From assembly GCA_000934665.2 (NCBI GenBank), contig KZ538357.1, positions 1 to 64,000 of the forward strand: a stretch of 64,000 bases of DNA, given 5' to 3'. The position numbers and the translations under genes are program-made. Numbering within the stretch: the stretch's first letter is position 1; every line of letters starts with the position of its first letter. The DNA comes from Catajapyx aquilonaris. Its lineage: Eukaryota. Below the pieces are notes generated by a model. That model was not told where the DNA came from and did not search any database. It saw nothing but the letters and a program-made list of their open reading frames with translations. Positions 13,201-26,166 of this stretch are shown piece by piece.

Positions 13201-16200
13201 GCCATAAAATGGAATAGGATGTGTTTGTGAAAGCTTCCAAAATGTCGACCTTTGTCAATCATCTCATTGATAACTGATACTGATTTGTCACTTTTCTCTC
13301 TCTAGTGGATCCCGATGTCCTTTGGGTGACAGGTGCACCAATCGTCGCTTCCAAAGGCGAGAGTATTGCAAATGTGAAGTGTTTAAGACAGAAAAAAAGG
13401 GATTTGGTCTGAGAGCAGTTGAAGATGTCTCAGCGTGAGTTTTTTTCTTTCGCCTAATGCAGTATACTTGCACTAGGCGAGATAAAATATAGGTACATTT
13501 TGTCTATACAGAGGGGGTTTTCTACTGGAGTACGTCGGGGAAGTTCTGGATCCTAAGGAGTTCAGGCGGCGTGCCAAAGATTATGCAAGAGAAAAGAATG
13601 CTCACTATTACTTTATGGCCCTGAAATCAGACACCATAATTGATGCAACGATGAAAGGAAACACTTCACGGTTTATCAACCACAGCTGTGATCCTAATTC
13701 CGAGACACAAAAGGCAACTTTATATATTTTACCAGTTGCTGTGCATGCATTGATGCTGTCGTAGTGTTCTAAAGGTGCCTTTCTTTCTTGTAGTGGACTG
13801 TGAATGGAGAATTAAGGATAGGCTTCTTTGCTAAGAGGGCCATCAATGCAGGGGAGGAAATCACATTCGACTACCAACTGCAGAGATATGGGTGAGTTTG
13901 CTGTTGACAAAATCGAAACCTGATTAATGATGATAACATTTCAAGGAGAATTTTACAATATGTCTGCCTTAAAAAATCTGCTGTTCAAGATACAAGTAGG
14001 AACTGCTTTGTAAAATTGTGCTATATATTTTGGACCATTGGGTCTGATGTGATGTAGCACAATTTTACCAAGCAGTACCCACTTGTGTGCCAAGCAGTAG
14101 CTTCTCCCAGAATTCGGAGCTTTTGGAGCTCTTTTGAGTCTTTCTTGAAGCTTTCGTTTGTGTAGTCACTATAATCAGTTTGTTCAAGTAATACGCTAGT
14201 TGTGTTTTGTAAGCTCTCTCAAGAGAGTGGTTGAGCTTTTTCCTATCTTTATCATGTTAGCAGAAAGCAACAGAGGGCCCTGCAGGGAGTATAACCTTAT
14301 CCCTTATGATGTCAGTACTTGTCCACCAACTTTAGTGTTGACACTTCCACATGATCAGTGATTGTTCTTCTGTAATTGCAGCAAGGAGGCTCAGCGTTGT
14401 TACTGCGCAAGTGCAATGTGCCGTGGCTGGATCGGAGAAGATCCAGAAAAAGAGAAAGATGAGGAGCGAGAGAGGTTCAAGAAGGAACGGCGGGAAAAGA
14501 AGAAGAGTGTAGCTGAATCTGTTGTCACTCCACCTACCACTGTCACTGCCAGCACAGTAACAAACAACCGGAAGAAGGAGGTAGCCCTGAAGGAATTCCT
14601 GGAGGACATGGACCTGGAGGAAGAAATAGAAAAATTGGCTCGCTCAGGCCTCAAGAACCGTAACCATACACTAACTCTTTGCCGTCTGATGGTTCGAGCA
14701 GAAGATGCTGGCTCTAGATGTACCCTGCTTGCCTTGCTGAGGAATGGAGACCAGCCTTGTCGAAGACTTTTTCTTGACTATCATGGACTTCGGCTGGTCT
14801 GGAGCTGGATGGTAGATGCAGATGGAGGAAAGGGACAGGAAGGAATGCATCTCAAAATGGAGGTCAGTGTTTTCGTAATTCAATTTTTGTTTCCACACAT
14901 GAAAAAAATAAATTATTTAGGATATGAAATGATATAAAACATTTTCTGGATGTGGGGTTAGGGGGAGGGGGAAGACGGACATTGGCTACGTAGCCGTCTT
15001 TGTTCAAAACTGTTCAACGAAGGACAGTGGATTTGGGTCATATCATGAAAATCACTACAGTAGACATTAGGCAGTAAACCATACAAACAGCAGAAGATTC
15101 AGCCAATGTTTACGTCCGAGCATACTTACGAACTGCATTTTTCTGCATACATATCCCTCTTTATAAATTCAATGTTTTCATTGTCTGTATTAGATGGCCA
15201 ATTATAGATTTGGCCTGAATTATGCCTCCCAGCAATTTTTATTTTGGCATACTCAGCCTAGTTACAGTTTCATGGCTCATGGGTTCAGCTTCAAATGTCA
15301 TGGCACCATTTCATCGGACATCCTGGCAGAGAGTATTACCTGTCCTGATCACATTTTAAAAACTTACACTCTATTCCCTTGATCAGCATTCATGAGTCTG
15401 GCACTACCCATAGCCGGAGACCAATTGTTGGTCCAGAAATATGTCTCCTGTAGTGCTAGCATGAATTAAGCTAGGCTACTACATAAGGCTGGATTAGCAG
15501 AGCTGAATGGAGCCCCCATTGCCTTTTTCCTACAGCATCTGGGGTCGGTGGCTGAACTCACTTCTTCCTAGCTGAGACCCTCTTTAGACTAGCTGAGAAG
15601 GGTGCAAATGACACTGCAATAAGCATTTTAGTGCATAGGTTTTTGATGAAACAAGTATGGTGTGGCAGCTAATTTTCTAGTAATGAACTTTCCTACACGT
15701 TATGAATAATAAAGCTGGTGTTTTTCCATGGTCATTCACATGTTATTAATGTTAATCTTAATGACTTTGGCAGTTACTGAAGACATTGGCATCACTTCCT
15801 GTACCAAATAAGACAATGCTGCAGGATAGCAAGGTCTTGGGAGTTGTGGAGAAGTGGGCACGTGAACTGGATGTCAAGACTGCAGCAGAGGAGGCAGAAG
15901 CAAAGGAAGATCCTAAGTCTGAATTGGAAGTGGAAGCAAAGGCTGAGGCCTCGACAGAGAATGGGGGACTGAGTGAAATACCTGTGATGGATGAAGAGGT
16001 TTCTTTGGAAGGCAAGCCAACTGAAGCAAAATTATTGCCTGAACAGGACGTTGTCTCCAAAACACTGACATTTGATAAGAATGAAGAGCAAGATGGAAAG
16101 AAGACACCCTCCACTGACTCATCTAGGTGAGTCATGATGCCATATTATCCCTGTTATTATCTGAACTAGTATTGAATTTTGATTTTGTGCTTAATTATGC

Positions 16201-19200
16201 CAGTGACAGAGCACATTTGGACAGGTCTGACAGCCGGCACTGTGATTGACGAGTCACCAGATATGTTAAAAACTATGCAAAGATCTGGTTTTGGGCTGAG
16301 GCGGATGCTGTTATGTTGTTCATTTCATGATGCCAGTTCCCCTGTATATTTTTGGTGGATAAATTGCTTCACCGTGGTGGGAAAAGGAAAGCGGTAGAGC
16401 GTGCGGGCGAGTCTCGAGATTTATATGCTTCAATTTCAACCCCTCGAGCGCTACTGTGATAATGATTAAACTTTCAAAAAGTGCACACATGACATGCAAA
16501 TGTCATTCTTGCACTAAATATCATAAAGTAAACTGCGAATTACATTAGAATATGAATTCTGTGTATATGCTTGTTGGCAGCCATGAAAGCCTTTGATGCC
16601 ATTGGCTTATTCCAATCTCTATCCATGTCATTGGCAGGGCATGCAGGAGGTAGGACGCAATGCACACTGCGAGTATACATTTTCATTCAAAATTTCACAC
16701 TGGTGGGCTCTCATTTGACCTTGTACATGTCTCTTACGTGAAGTGTCAGGGATATCGCTTGATGTAAATGGTAGCTGCAGGTACTTGAGGATTGGTCACA
16801 TAAAGAGAGTGAAATTGTGAAGAACAGCAATAGTTTCTCACGTGCACTTGATCTTCCATAAAATTTAGAAGGGGAGCTTATACTCAACATGCACTCAGGA
16901 ATGTTTATATTTGTAGGTTATCTGCAGAGGATGATGATTCCTCACAGCAGTTCCGTTCTGGTCTGGAAAATGCAGAGGAAAAATCAGATGAGCCCAAAGT
17001 GGAAAGTGAAACTTCTGGAGAGGAAACAAACAGTGAGGCTGTAGGTATCACACCAGTGGATGAAGCTAACAATCAGCTCGAGGCAGAAGCTTCTCTAGAT
17101 TCGGCTGTTACTGAAGTGGAAGCAGACGTGGAGGTGACACAAAAAGTCGAAGTGAAACTACAGGGTGACGCTGAACCAATGGAAATAGATTCATCAACTT
17201 TTAAAGAAAACACAGATTCTACTGTCAGTCAGGAGGCAAAAATGGTTTCTGATGTTACTCTTGACTCTGCTGTAACCATAGCATCTGAGACATCAGTTAA
17301 ATCAAATGAGGTAGCCAATTCAGAAGTGTGCCTCAAAGGTGAATTATTGGAACCTGAAACTGGTGATAAATCCGAAGAAAAAATGGATTCCACAACAAGC
17401 CATACACAAAGTGAACCTGCTAGTACTCAGAAAACTGAACCACAGCCAGAGTTGGAGTCCTTGGAAGTGAGTGCTGTTGAAAGTAAAGCAGAGGAAAGGG
17501 ATCCAATAGAAGAGGAGATGCGAAAGCAGGTTGCAGATCTGACTTTGAGTCTACTGGAAATATGGAGCAGCTTGAAGGAAGTGTTCAGGATACCCAAGAA
17601 GGAGAGAATAGAACAAATGAAAGAACATGAGAGAGAAGCAGGTATGTTTTGCAATATGATTTTCTTCACTAGCAGATGTAGAAAATCAAGTCATGGACAA
17701 AAGCAGTGTCTTTTTCTGGAAAGAAGCATGTTGTGAGGAAACAGCACATATTTTTTTTTAAAGTTTTTTAAAAAATACAAAGGACAGCTTCTAAAATTTC
17801 TTGTGTGGTAATGTGTTAACGTTATTCAAGTGGGCTGACTTCTTATTTTAATCATTACTCAGGCATAAAATGTTTTAGTTTAGCATTCATAAATATAACA
17901 GCATTAAAGATGTGGTTGTTTCAGATCAAGGATACAAGGAAGATGGGGATCGCCATGAGCCTCGCAACCATTATGATCGGTGAGTACAGATGTTGTACAT
18001 TTTGCATTTGTTTTGTTCAATTTTCTGTCTAGAAAGGATTGGTACAGTGTAATAAACTTTGTCAAAAAGAGTAATTGGAAACGAATTGCAATAATTGAGT
18101 AAAAATGAACTTCTGCAAGGTCACCAAAACTAATGCTAATATGCTCCAAGCAGTTAAAACAAAGAAGTTAATATGACTTTATAGATTCTTAAAATGAGAA
18201 CATTATTTCATTTGTGTAAAAGCAGCATACCTTTTTTCCAGCATTACTGCCCGCTGTGTGTAAAGAATACAGCAACACACACCCCCAATCGAGTTGGGAG
18301 AAAATTTGATGTCGCGCTCACTCATCATGCACCAAACAATTCTGCAAATGTGCAAAGCAGAAGAGCTCGGAAATGGTCGTGTCTGGTTCCGAAGACCTGG
18401 GAAATTCTAATCTGCTAGAGCGTAGCTCTTCTTTTTGACAAGGTTGTTGCTGTACCAGCCCATGGTTTAGTGTTGCATGAATTTTTGCATGTGTGTATAT
18501 CAATACTGGCACTTGTTCAGACATCATTTTGAGAGAGAATGTAACTACTGCTTGAAATCATTGAATAGTTCGTTTTTCTGTTGATGGCACAGTTTCACAG
18601 AGCACTTAAATTGCCACTATCTGGCGTAATGTGTTGCCCTATTTTTCAAAGTAAAACTGCTTGATCACAATTTATGAATGAATGTTATTGCATTTACTGC
18701 TGCAATCCTTGTACTACCAGTCAAATATGGTAGTGCAATGAATAACTTGAAAATCTAAATTCTTCTGTGACTTGTCAAACTTGTCAACATGTACTGTGGT
18801 CTTTGAGACACTGTTGCTCATGCACATGAAAGAGCTTGTTATACATACACATTGGGTGGAATTTTTGTCCCACTGCTAAATTGCTAAATTAGCAGTACCA
18901 AAATATTGGGGCTGGCTAGGAAGCTAGTGGTGGACAGCCTCTTTCATTTCCATGTTGTCACTGAAGTGCCGACTGGCCAGGTGCTTCTTCATTGGTACGA
19001 AATGATGGTCATAACCATCGTCTACCATCTCTTCAGACCAAAAAAGAAGCACTGGCTTTTCAAGACCTCAGTGGCATTGAGGAAGTGAAAGAGGCTACCC
19101 ACCACTGGCTTGCGAGCCAGCCTGACCCTTTGTTCTACAGTGGCATGGAAAAACTAGTGTCCCTGTGGGACAAGTGCACCAAAGTGTGTGGTTACTGTGT

Positions 19201-22200
19201 CTAAAATTAGAGAAAGACTTTTCACATGTACATGTTAGTTTCAGTTTCTGTTGTGAAGCTTCAGAATTTAAAAAGTTGTGAATTATTGTTTGATTTACCC
19301 TCGTACTGGTTACTTAACAATATCAATATTTCTGATTCAGTAGCTTATAGTGACTTGAATTTTAATGTGACAGTTTAGTGAGATTGCAGCAGTAATTCTT
19401 TGTACTAAATTTTTGGTGAGTTTTTGGTCACATATGAAAACGGAACTTATGCATGAATCCAAAGGTGCATTATTCATGACACAATATACAGTATAAGGAA
19501 ATTATAATTGTAATCAAGTGAAGGTTGTTGTTTGTATATCACTTTGGTTGCGAAAGCATTGAAGAGTTGGCATTTCACTGCAGCAATTTATTAGTTTCCT
19601 GTTGCTGGATATGTGTTTGTGTAATTGTTTTGAAAATGCAATGCGACATCAACTTGGTAGTTGGCAATAACTGGTGCTTTTTATTCCATAGATTTGGCCG
19701 ATCAGACCGCTATCGCAGTGATTATGACAGGCGAGACCGGAAAAGGAGGCTCGACTCCCCTGATCGTGAAAGGTCAAGAAAAGCTCCTCGCGTAGATGAG
19801 AGGTAATTACAATAATAATTAATGTCCCCTGAAGCTTGTATACGGTATTTATAAGAAATTCCTTAGTTTGAATGTGACTGAATTTGTATTTCATTGAAAT
19901 TCAAAACCAGTTTGATGGGACAAAGCATTGCACGATTTTGAGGCAGACTGGCCTAAGAATTTGGCAGGCAAGTATCGGAAAGGAGGAGGCACAAAATATA
20001 TGGGCTAGTGGCCTTCCGTTCGATTTGCCTGAAAATTGGATATGTTGTGGTCCAGACCATCCTGACCAATGTTGGATAGGGACATTTCGAGGTAGGACCT
20101 ACAGGGAGCATGCTATTGACCTCCGAAGGTCATATGGGATATGCTCTGGTTTTCCGTTCGATTTGGCTGAAAATTGGATACGTTGCAGCCCAGACCATCC
20201 TGATCAATGTTGGATAGGGACATTTCGAGGTAGGACCTACAGGGAGCATGCTAATTGCTATTCATCGAAGAGGCTAGAAGACTGCTGTGAGAGAAACCTC
20301 GCTTCCTTACATTGACCCAATGAATGTTGAAGTGCAGCTGGAGGAAACTCCAGATGACAACCTTCAAGGAGTAGAATTTGAACCAGATGAATAGGCAATA
20401 AAGATTAATAGATAATTTAATGCAATAACCATTGAGTTCCTGAGACTTATTGTAGTCTATACTACTACTCCTATTACCTGCGGAGGTCATTAGCATGCTC
20501 CCTGTATTTTGGGCCTCATCCTTTATCATGAATCCAACCTGTTGCAAACAGTCCTTGCATGGAACGTTCCAGTGAAAGAAAGGATCTTGTCGAATGAGAA
20601 AGGAATTCGTGGGAGGCGTACTTTGCTCTGGGAACTAAGGGATTTTTTAGGGTGCAAATGGTGCATAAGGAAATAGTATGAATGACAAAAGTGAAAACTA
20701 GGATTGCAGGAGTTGCTAGCAACTGAAATACAGGGATCAGATTGTTGCAAATTGCAATTTTCTAAAATTTCCAACTGTCACAGGAAGGCATCAGAAGTGG
20801 GAGGAATTTGATATTTTTGTATCAGTGGTAAATGAGATCCTATTTTTTAAGTGGTACAGTGCACTCAACTTGCGGTATCTTTTTTCTTAAGCAGGACCCT
20901 AGTGCAAATACCTCGGATGAGCAAGGAGGAGCGCCGTCAGCTGTTTGCCCTCCGTGTGGCGCAGGAAGAGGAAGAGGGGCGCCAACGACGGCAGCAGGAG
21001 GAATTGTGGCGCCAGCATGAGGAACGCTGTCAAACAATGGGATTGGATCCCATGCAGACGCCCATGTTTGATCCTTACCTCTACTACTATGAACATGGAG
21101 TGGGGCCATGGCAGACAGCCCCCCCTGACACTGCCTCCCAACCCCCTGAGTCCTCCTATGAGTCCTGCTACCACCCAGATTACGTGCCACCAGAGTACTA
21201 TGAGTATGATCAGACTGAATCCATTCCTGAACCAGATCCTATTCCTGGCTACTACTATTACAATGGAATGATGCTGGCTGTTGCAGATATTCCCCTTCCA
21301 GACGAGTCTCCCACAGAGGTTCCTTTCTTAGCCCTGCCTGATCCCACTCCTGACCCCGATCCAGTATGTAATACTGTGTTTCCAGAGATGCCTTCAGAGT
21401 GGGCAGAAGAAGAGGAAATCGATCCTGTGGCACTGATTCCACTTCCCCCTTGCTCACCACCTGAACCTAAGGCAGAAGTACAGCTGCCACCAAAGTGGAA
21501 GCAGGCAACCGACTCTGAAGGAAGAGTATATTATTACCATATAAAACGGAGGTGTCCGCAGTGGTTGCCACCCCAGTGGGGGGAGGATGAGGATGAAGAT
21601 GACGATGACGACGAAGATGAGGATGAAGAAGAGGAAGATGAAGATGAGGAGGAGGAAGATGAGGAAGAGGTGGAGCGTGAGGAAACAATTAGGAAGGAGG
21701 AGAGTGAAGAGAGTGAAGAGGATGAGGAGCTGGAAAAGGAGTCCACATCATCAACTGAAGATGACGAGCAGAGACTAGAAGTCAAGGTGAGGGGAATGTT
21801 TGATTGAGAGGAATGTTGCTAAAGCCAGTGAGAGGAGAAAAGACACATTATGCAGTATACCATGAAAATCGTGACTGTCATTTTCATGTTCGGTCTCAAA
21901 TTTTTTTTAAAGCAGTTATGGTAGGGTTGTGCCTACAATTATGGTAGGTTTATGTTTGACTATCATTTTGTCACTCAAAACTGCAACCTTTCTAGGTGGT
22001 GGAACAGGTACGTAATGGCGAAGTAGCTGAAGTTGAGGATGAAGCTGAAGAGGATGAAGGAGTGGAAGAGGAGGAGCTTGAGGAAGGCGAGATCAGGGAA
22101 GACGTAATACCAGTTGCTGCTGCTGCACCCAAACTAGAGACTCTCTCAGAAGGGCAGGATCCCATGGACGAAGAGGATGAGGGAGGAAGATTTGCTCGTC

Positions 22201-25200
22201 GGAAAGAAGAGAAACACGAGAGGCGGAAAAGAAGGAAGAGGGCGGGGTTGGTACAAGAGCGGATCATTAGTGTGAGTATTTTTACTCAATCTGGTAAATT
22301 GGGAGAACACTGGAGTATTAATGTGCATGTAAAATTCAGCTTGTTTTACTTGCATGTTGAAATTAATGCACTTCAGGTAACTTCTTAATTGAGGTAGGTT
22401 GGAAATCATTTTGATATGGTTTCAGTGGCTATGAATAAGTACGCACAGGCTGACAGTAAGAACAGCAGTCCATCTCTTTGCAGTGGATGGGAACAAGTGC
22501 ACCAATATTTCTGGAGAGTGACAATTATTTTCTGTGTGCAAAAAAAAGTGGTCAAAATGTGAGAATAGCCTGTTAAGTTCACCAAGGACAATGGCAGTAG
22601 TAGTTCTGCTGTGTCTGAGCTAAACCATCAAGATAAATTTGCAATTCCAGTGTCAAGCAACTGTTTATTACTTATTGGTGTTATTAACCATCAATCATTT
22701 CAGATGTCGAGTTATTTCACACAAATAGGCAAGAGTTTTTAGTGTAGAAAATTCAGACACAGTTTAAATACGAGGGGGCAGTCGGAAAATAAGTTTCGCG
22801 ATGCTACCGTTTTGATGCCATGTGACGGACAGGGCAAAGAGGAGTGTGATCAGGTACATAGATCCTTCCAGTACTTTATAGGACGGGTAGACGCTGCGTT
22901 GCAGCTTATGCAGCCATTGAACAAGACTGAGTGGCAAGCCCAGCATGCCCGTCCATATGCCTCCAGGAAAAGTCATGGCGGACAGCATTGGTCACATGGA
23001 CCTTGGCGGAAGTGAGGGGCAGATGTTCGCTACCAGTGGTCGACATTCAACATACAACATTCGTTGCCAGCTAGTGGAGTGTATGGTCCGGAAATGTAAT
23101 GTCTGAGAAAATAGTGCAGTGATTTGGTGCCAGCAATTTTGGAATAAACTCGCGACCGTGAAGGACAACCAGAGGCCCAGACTACCGGCCACAGAAATTA
23201 CCAACAGTGTCCTAACTTGTGCCTTAGTCCATGTGACCAGCACTGTCTGGCATGACTTTTCGTGGCAGCATTTGGGGGGGCATGTTTGGCTCGCCACTTG
23301 GTCTCATCCGACAACTGCCGTGCCTGTGCATAAGCTGCAGAAGGCACCTACCCATCCTATAAAGTGCCAGGAGGATCGATGCACCTCCTCATGCTCGTCT
23401 TTTTCCTGCCTGTCGCATGGCGTCAAAACTGTATCGTGAGATTTAATTTCTGACTGCCCCTCCTATGTCACTTTATTTTTGGATGATATTGTAACACTTG
23501 AAAATTTTTGTATCCAAATTAAAAATCCATTGTACTTTGGGGATTTTACAGAGTGCAATGTTTTTCAACACACTCATTAATACTGGGCTAACAATGAGTA
23601 ATCCTGCAGGAGAAGTTTTACTTGTTACGTACCCTAAAGAGTGTTCTGAATATACTGCTAAAAATATTTAAGAACTAAATTATCCGCATATGAAGTGTTG
23701 CATTTATTTGTCATTTCAGCCAAGGCGTGAGCAGGACAAGGAAGACCTAGAGAGGTACAGGGAAATTAAGGAGAAGGTAAAGAAGCGGGTGGAGCAGAGC
23801 CGCCGAGGAAGACGTGAAGGTGAACCTGTAGTAGGATGGGAAGAAGAAGCTGATGAGGCCAAGGAAGAGGAGGAAACTGAAACTAAGGAAGAGGAGGACA
23901 CCAAGAAGAAGGAGGAAGAAGAGGAGGAGGAGGAGCAGGAGCCACCCCCACCACCAAAGAAACCTAAGAGGAAGGAGGAACAGAAAGAAAAGCGCGAGAG
24001 TAAGCGTGAGAACAAACGTGAGAGTAAACGTGATAGTAAACGCCATCCATCATCACGCAAAAAAGAGAAGCTCAAGAGTGAGCGCAAGAAAGATAGCAAG
24101 AAGGAGAGCAAGCTGAAGGAGGTCAAATCAAAGGAGAAAACTACATCCTCCTCGACCTCCTCTCATGGCAGCAACTCCAAATTGGAGAAGCCAACTACTG
24201 CACCAGCTGACACATCAAGTGACTCAGCACGGCGTATCAAGGATGCCTTCAGAGTGAAGATGGCTGGCTGGATAGTGCAGTGCCTCAACCCTTACAGGAA
24301 GCAGGATTGCAAAGCAGGGAGGATAACAAGTACTGAAGACTTCAAGCACCTTGCCAGGAAGGTATGTCAAATTCTTACAAGTATTTCCCAGCAGCAACAT
24401 CTTTGTTGTAGGATTCAGTCTCTCTGTCAATTTGTCCTAATCATCAAGAAGTATGAATTCACAATTTCTTGCTGTCAAACATATCTTTACCACAATTTGA
24501 GTAATACTCACCATACCGTACCCTCCTCCTTTTCCTGCATAAAAGGGCTGTTTGTGCCATCTCTGGAAGGGAGTCTCCAGCTCACCTTCGACATGTGTCC
24601 AACCAAGTCAATAAAAGTCCTGGTGACCCCCACCAAAATATTTGTCTTGGGCTCCATTCTTAGTGCTATTATCACTACTGTCAGCACAATATTAGGTGTT
24701 GAGACAATATTGTTTGTGTAGGTTAACAGGCACATGTATCGACTCTGATGGATCTTCAAGGGACGTACCATATTGATTTACAATATTTTTTTTTGCACAA
24801 ATACAGGGCCCTTACATGTCAGCATATAGGCACACATTATTGACGGAATCTTCCTGGAGCCAAATGCACTGACGCCACAGGAGTGGCAGCCTCTCCAAGC
24901 TCTACAGGAACCATGTTTTGGAGGTGCAGCACACCCACTTCCAGACAACTGTTTGCAGTTCAACGTTGCACTTGAAATGGCCTTGGCGAAGGGTTGTTTT
25001 TTTTCACGTTTTAGGACGCGAAGGGCATCATCCTCATCAACTGGCTGGAACAAGGCACTACCATCAACAGCCCTTAGTATGTGGCGACCAACAGTAGTGT
25101 GCTGTGTGCTATCCAGAAAAGGGGCCAAGGAATGAGTAAGAGGTATGCTCTTGCTTCATGGCAACTCGTGCCCCCACACATGCCAAGATACGATGGCTGC

Positions 25201-26166
25201 CATTCCCGAGTTTGGGTTCCATCATCCTCCACATCTGCCATACTCCTTCGAACTGCCCTGCAGAGACTTTCACCTGTTCAAAGCCATGAAAAAAAACCCT
25301 TCACCAACACCATTTTGAGGACTTATGTTGAACTGCAAGTTGTGCCACACCTCTCAAAACATAGTTCCTGGACGGTCCGCCACACCCATGGTGCCAATGC
25401 ATTTGGCTTCTGGAGGATTCTATTGATGATGTGTGCCTATCTGCTGTCCTGTAAGAGCCCTGTATTTGTGGTTTAAAAAAAAGTAACTTAAATCAATCAG
25501 GTGTGGCCCTTGTATATTGGCCAGGGAAGCTGCATGAGGTGCCCACCAACAGCCCTTTTATGCAGCACAACACTACCATCTGATGGTCGAACACAACAAA
25601 AGTAACTTGAGAAAGTATCTCATCTCATACTCCACGTACATGAAAGCAATGGAGCAATATTTTTAAAGTACAATGAAACCTGTACTGAAAATATTTTTGT
25701 AACGTGTGACAGAAATGCATAGAAAATCTGACAGACTCTAGTAAGAGTTTGTGCATGGAGACATTTCTCCTCTATCCAGGTTCCCTTAAGACAGAAGTCA
25801 CTGCACTGCAATGTGTAGGTCTACTTACAGAGAAAAATTAGCTGCATAACTTTTGACCCAGTTCATTGCATTGCATATTCCCAGATGGAAATATTTTTGT
25901 CGTGGCTTTGTACGTAACATGACGATGCAAGTGTTTCTTATAAGAAAGATATGACATGCACTGTGATTCAATTTCGTCTTAATTTTCAGTTAACCCACTT
26001 TGTGATGCTGAAAGAGCTGAAACACTGCCAAAGAATTGAGGACCTGGAATGCAATGACAGCGTGAAACACAAAGCAAGAGACTTTATCCGAAAGTACATG
26101 ACAAAGTTTGGTGGAAAATATCAGAGGTCACCGGAGCGAGATGAAGTAAAGGATGAAGACTGCTAA
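1266..26166 (+). CDS. SETD2: Histone-lysine N-methyltransferase Set2/SETD2 (H3K36), spliced, 15 coding exons, 2126 aa
   Basis: Phase-consistent exons: 1266-2767, 5109-5726, 10325-10444, 13306-13434, 13512-13713, 13794-13891, 14382-14862, 15774-16126, 16917-17641, 17925-17979, 19692-19802, 20895-21786, 21996-22271, 23720-24361, 25990-26166 (6381 nt). AWS ([33 protein letters not shown]), SET ([57 protein letters not shown]), post-SET ([13 protein letters not shown]), WW ([22 protein letters not shown]) and C-terminal SRI ([45 protein letters not shown]). In-frame TAA at 1257 precedes the ATG. Confidence 0.95.
2247..2378 (+). repeat. Coding 60-bp (20-aa) tandem repeat in the Set2 N-terminal exon
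   Basis: [20 protein letters not shown] / [20 protein letters not shown] / EPAP. Confidence 0.85.
3885..4413. mobile_element. MITE with CCTCCTGAGACC termini and ATAT-like flanks (piggyBac-like)
   Basis: ATAT|CCTCCTGAGACCC at 3885 and GGTCTCAGGAAG|AAAT at 4413; a second right end GGTCTCAGGAGG|GTAT at 5058-5069. Confidence 0.55.
4663..4961. mobile_element. MITE with perfect ~30-bp TIRs
   Basis: TAGGTGAATTCGTTTATGGCTGAGTGTAGCA .. TGCTACACTCAGCCATAAACGAATTCACCTA; internal repeats of the CATTCGTTTAT and GTGTAGC motifs. Confidence 0.85.
5935..6140 (-). mobile_element. tRNA-derived SINE copy (reverse)
   Basis: Reverse-complement similarity to 6476-6690 over about 200 bp, including a B-box-like GATTCGATCC and (TGCAC)n tail. 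Confidence 0.6.
6476..6690 (+). mobile_element. tRNA-derived SINE copy
   Basis: A-box-like TGGTGCTGCGG and B-box GGTTCGATCCC followed by a non-tRNA body shared with 5935-6140. Confidence 0.65.
7288..7620. mobile_element. Tc1-type foldback MITE (CAGTG ends, TA flank)
   Basis: About 140-bp near-perfect inverted arms CAGTGCTGGACATATTAGCC..GGCTAATATGTCCAGCACTG|TA. Confidence 0.9.
7940..8120 (-). mobile_element. tRNA-derived SINE of a type common in hemimetabolous insects
   Basis: Minus strand has A box TGGTGGAATGG and B box GGTTCGAGTCC, then body GGTTTTCTGTGGTTTCCC..CCAGGAGAATTCCGGGATAG..AGGCCACAGCCGCTTC. Confidence 0.8.
9173..9960. mobile_element. Tc1/mariner foldback MITE (TA-CAGGRTG ends) carrying a nested insertion
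   Basis: TA|CAGGATGGATCAGAAGTC..GACTTCTGATCCACCCTG|TA with long inverted arms. Confidence 0.85.
9625..9845. mobile_element. hAT-type MITE nested in the previous element
   Basis: TIRs CAGGGCCGG / CTGGCCCTG; 8-bp TSD CACTGAGG (9617-9624) / CATTGAGG (9846-9853). Confidence 0.8.
11112..12023 (+). mobile_element. Degenerate, internally deleted mariner transposon
   Basis: TIR-like ends (GGTTCAAATACGAC..GTTCATATTTGAACC); transposase remnants [31 protein letters not shown] and [13 protein letters not shown]. Confidence 0.85.
12205..12364. mobile_element. Short pogo/Tigger-like MITE
   Basis: TACTGTAGTCTCCAGATA..TATCTGGAGTCAACTGTA with internal GTTATAACCGAG-like repeats; related end at 27625-27654. 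Confidence 0.55.
18905..19305 (+). mobile_element. Mariner 3' fragment
   Basis: [41 protein letters not shown] (mariner C-terminus) and right end TTTGATTTACCCTCGTA. Confidence 0.8.
20014..20507. repeat. 138-bp direct duplication overlapping the left end of a TA-CAGGG MITE
   Basis: 20014-20114 is repeated at 20152-20252; TACAGGGAGCATGCTATTGACCTCCGAAGG at 20099 is inverted at 20477-20506. Confidence 0.7.
22769..23465. mobile_element. Mariner-type non-autonomous element
   Basis: TACGAGGGGGCAGTCGGAAAATAA..TTAATTTCTGACTGCCCCTCCTA termini. Confidence 0.7.
24755..25514 (+). mobile_element. Second copy of the palindromic mariner-derived element seen at 12-782
   Basis: Shares GACGGAATCTTCCTGGAGCCAAATGCAC..GAACCATGTTTTGGAGGTGC and the inverted right arm; [16 protein letters not shown] remnant. 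Confidence 0.8.

Noticed and set aside
19884..20315. 143-aa ORF with an internal repeat
   Set aside because: Product of the 138-bp duplication in an intron; no coding signature.
1256..24126. Long antisense ORFs over Set2 exons (e.g. 1256-1768, 4959-5651, 23716-24126)
   Set aside because: Shadow frames of low-complexity coding exons.
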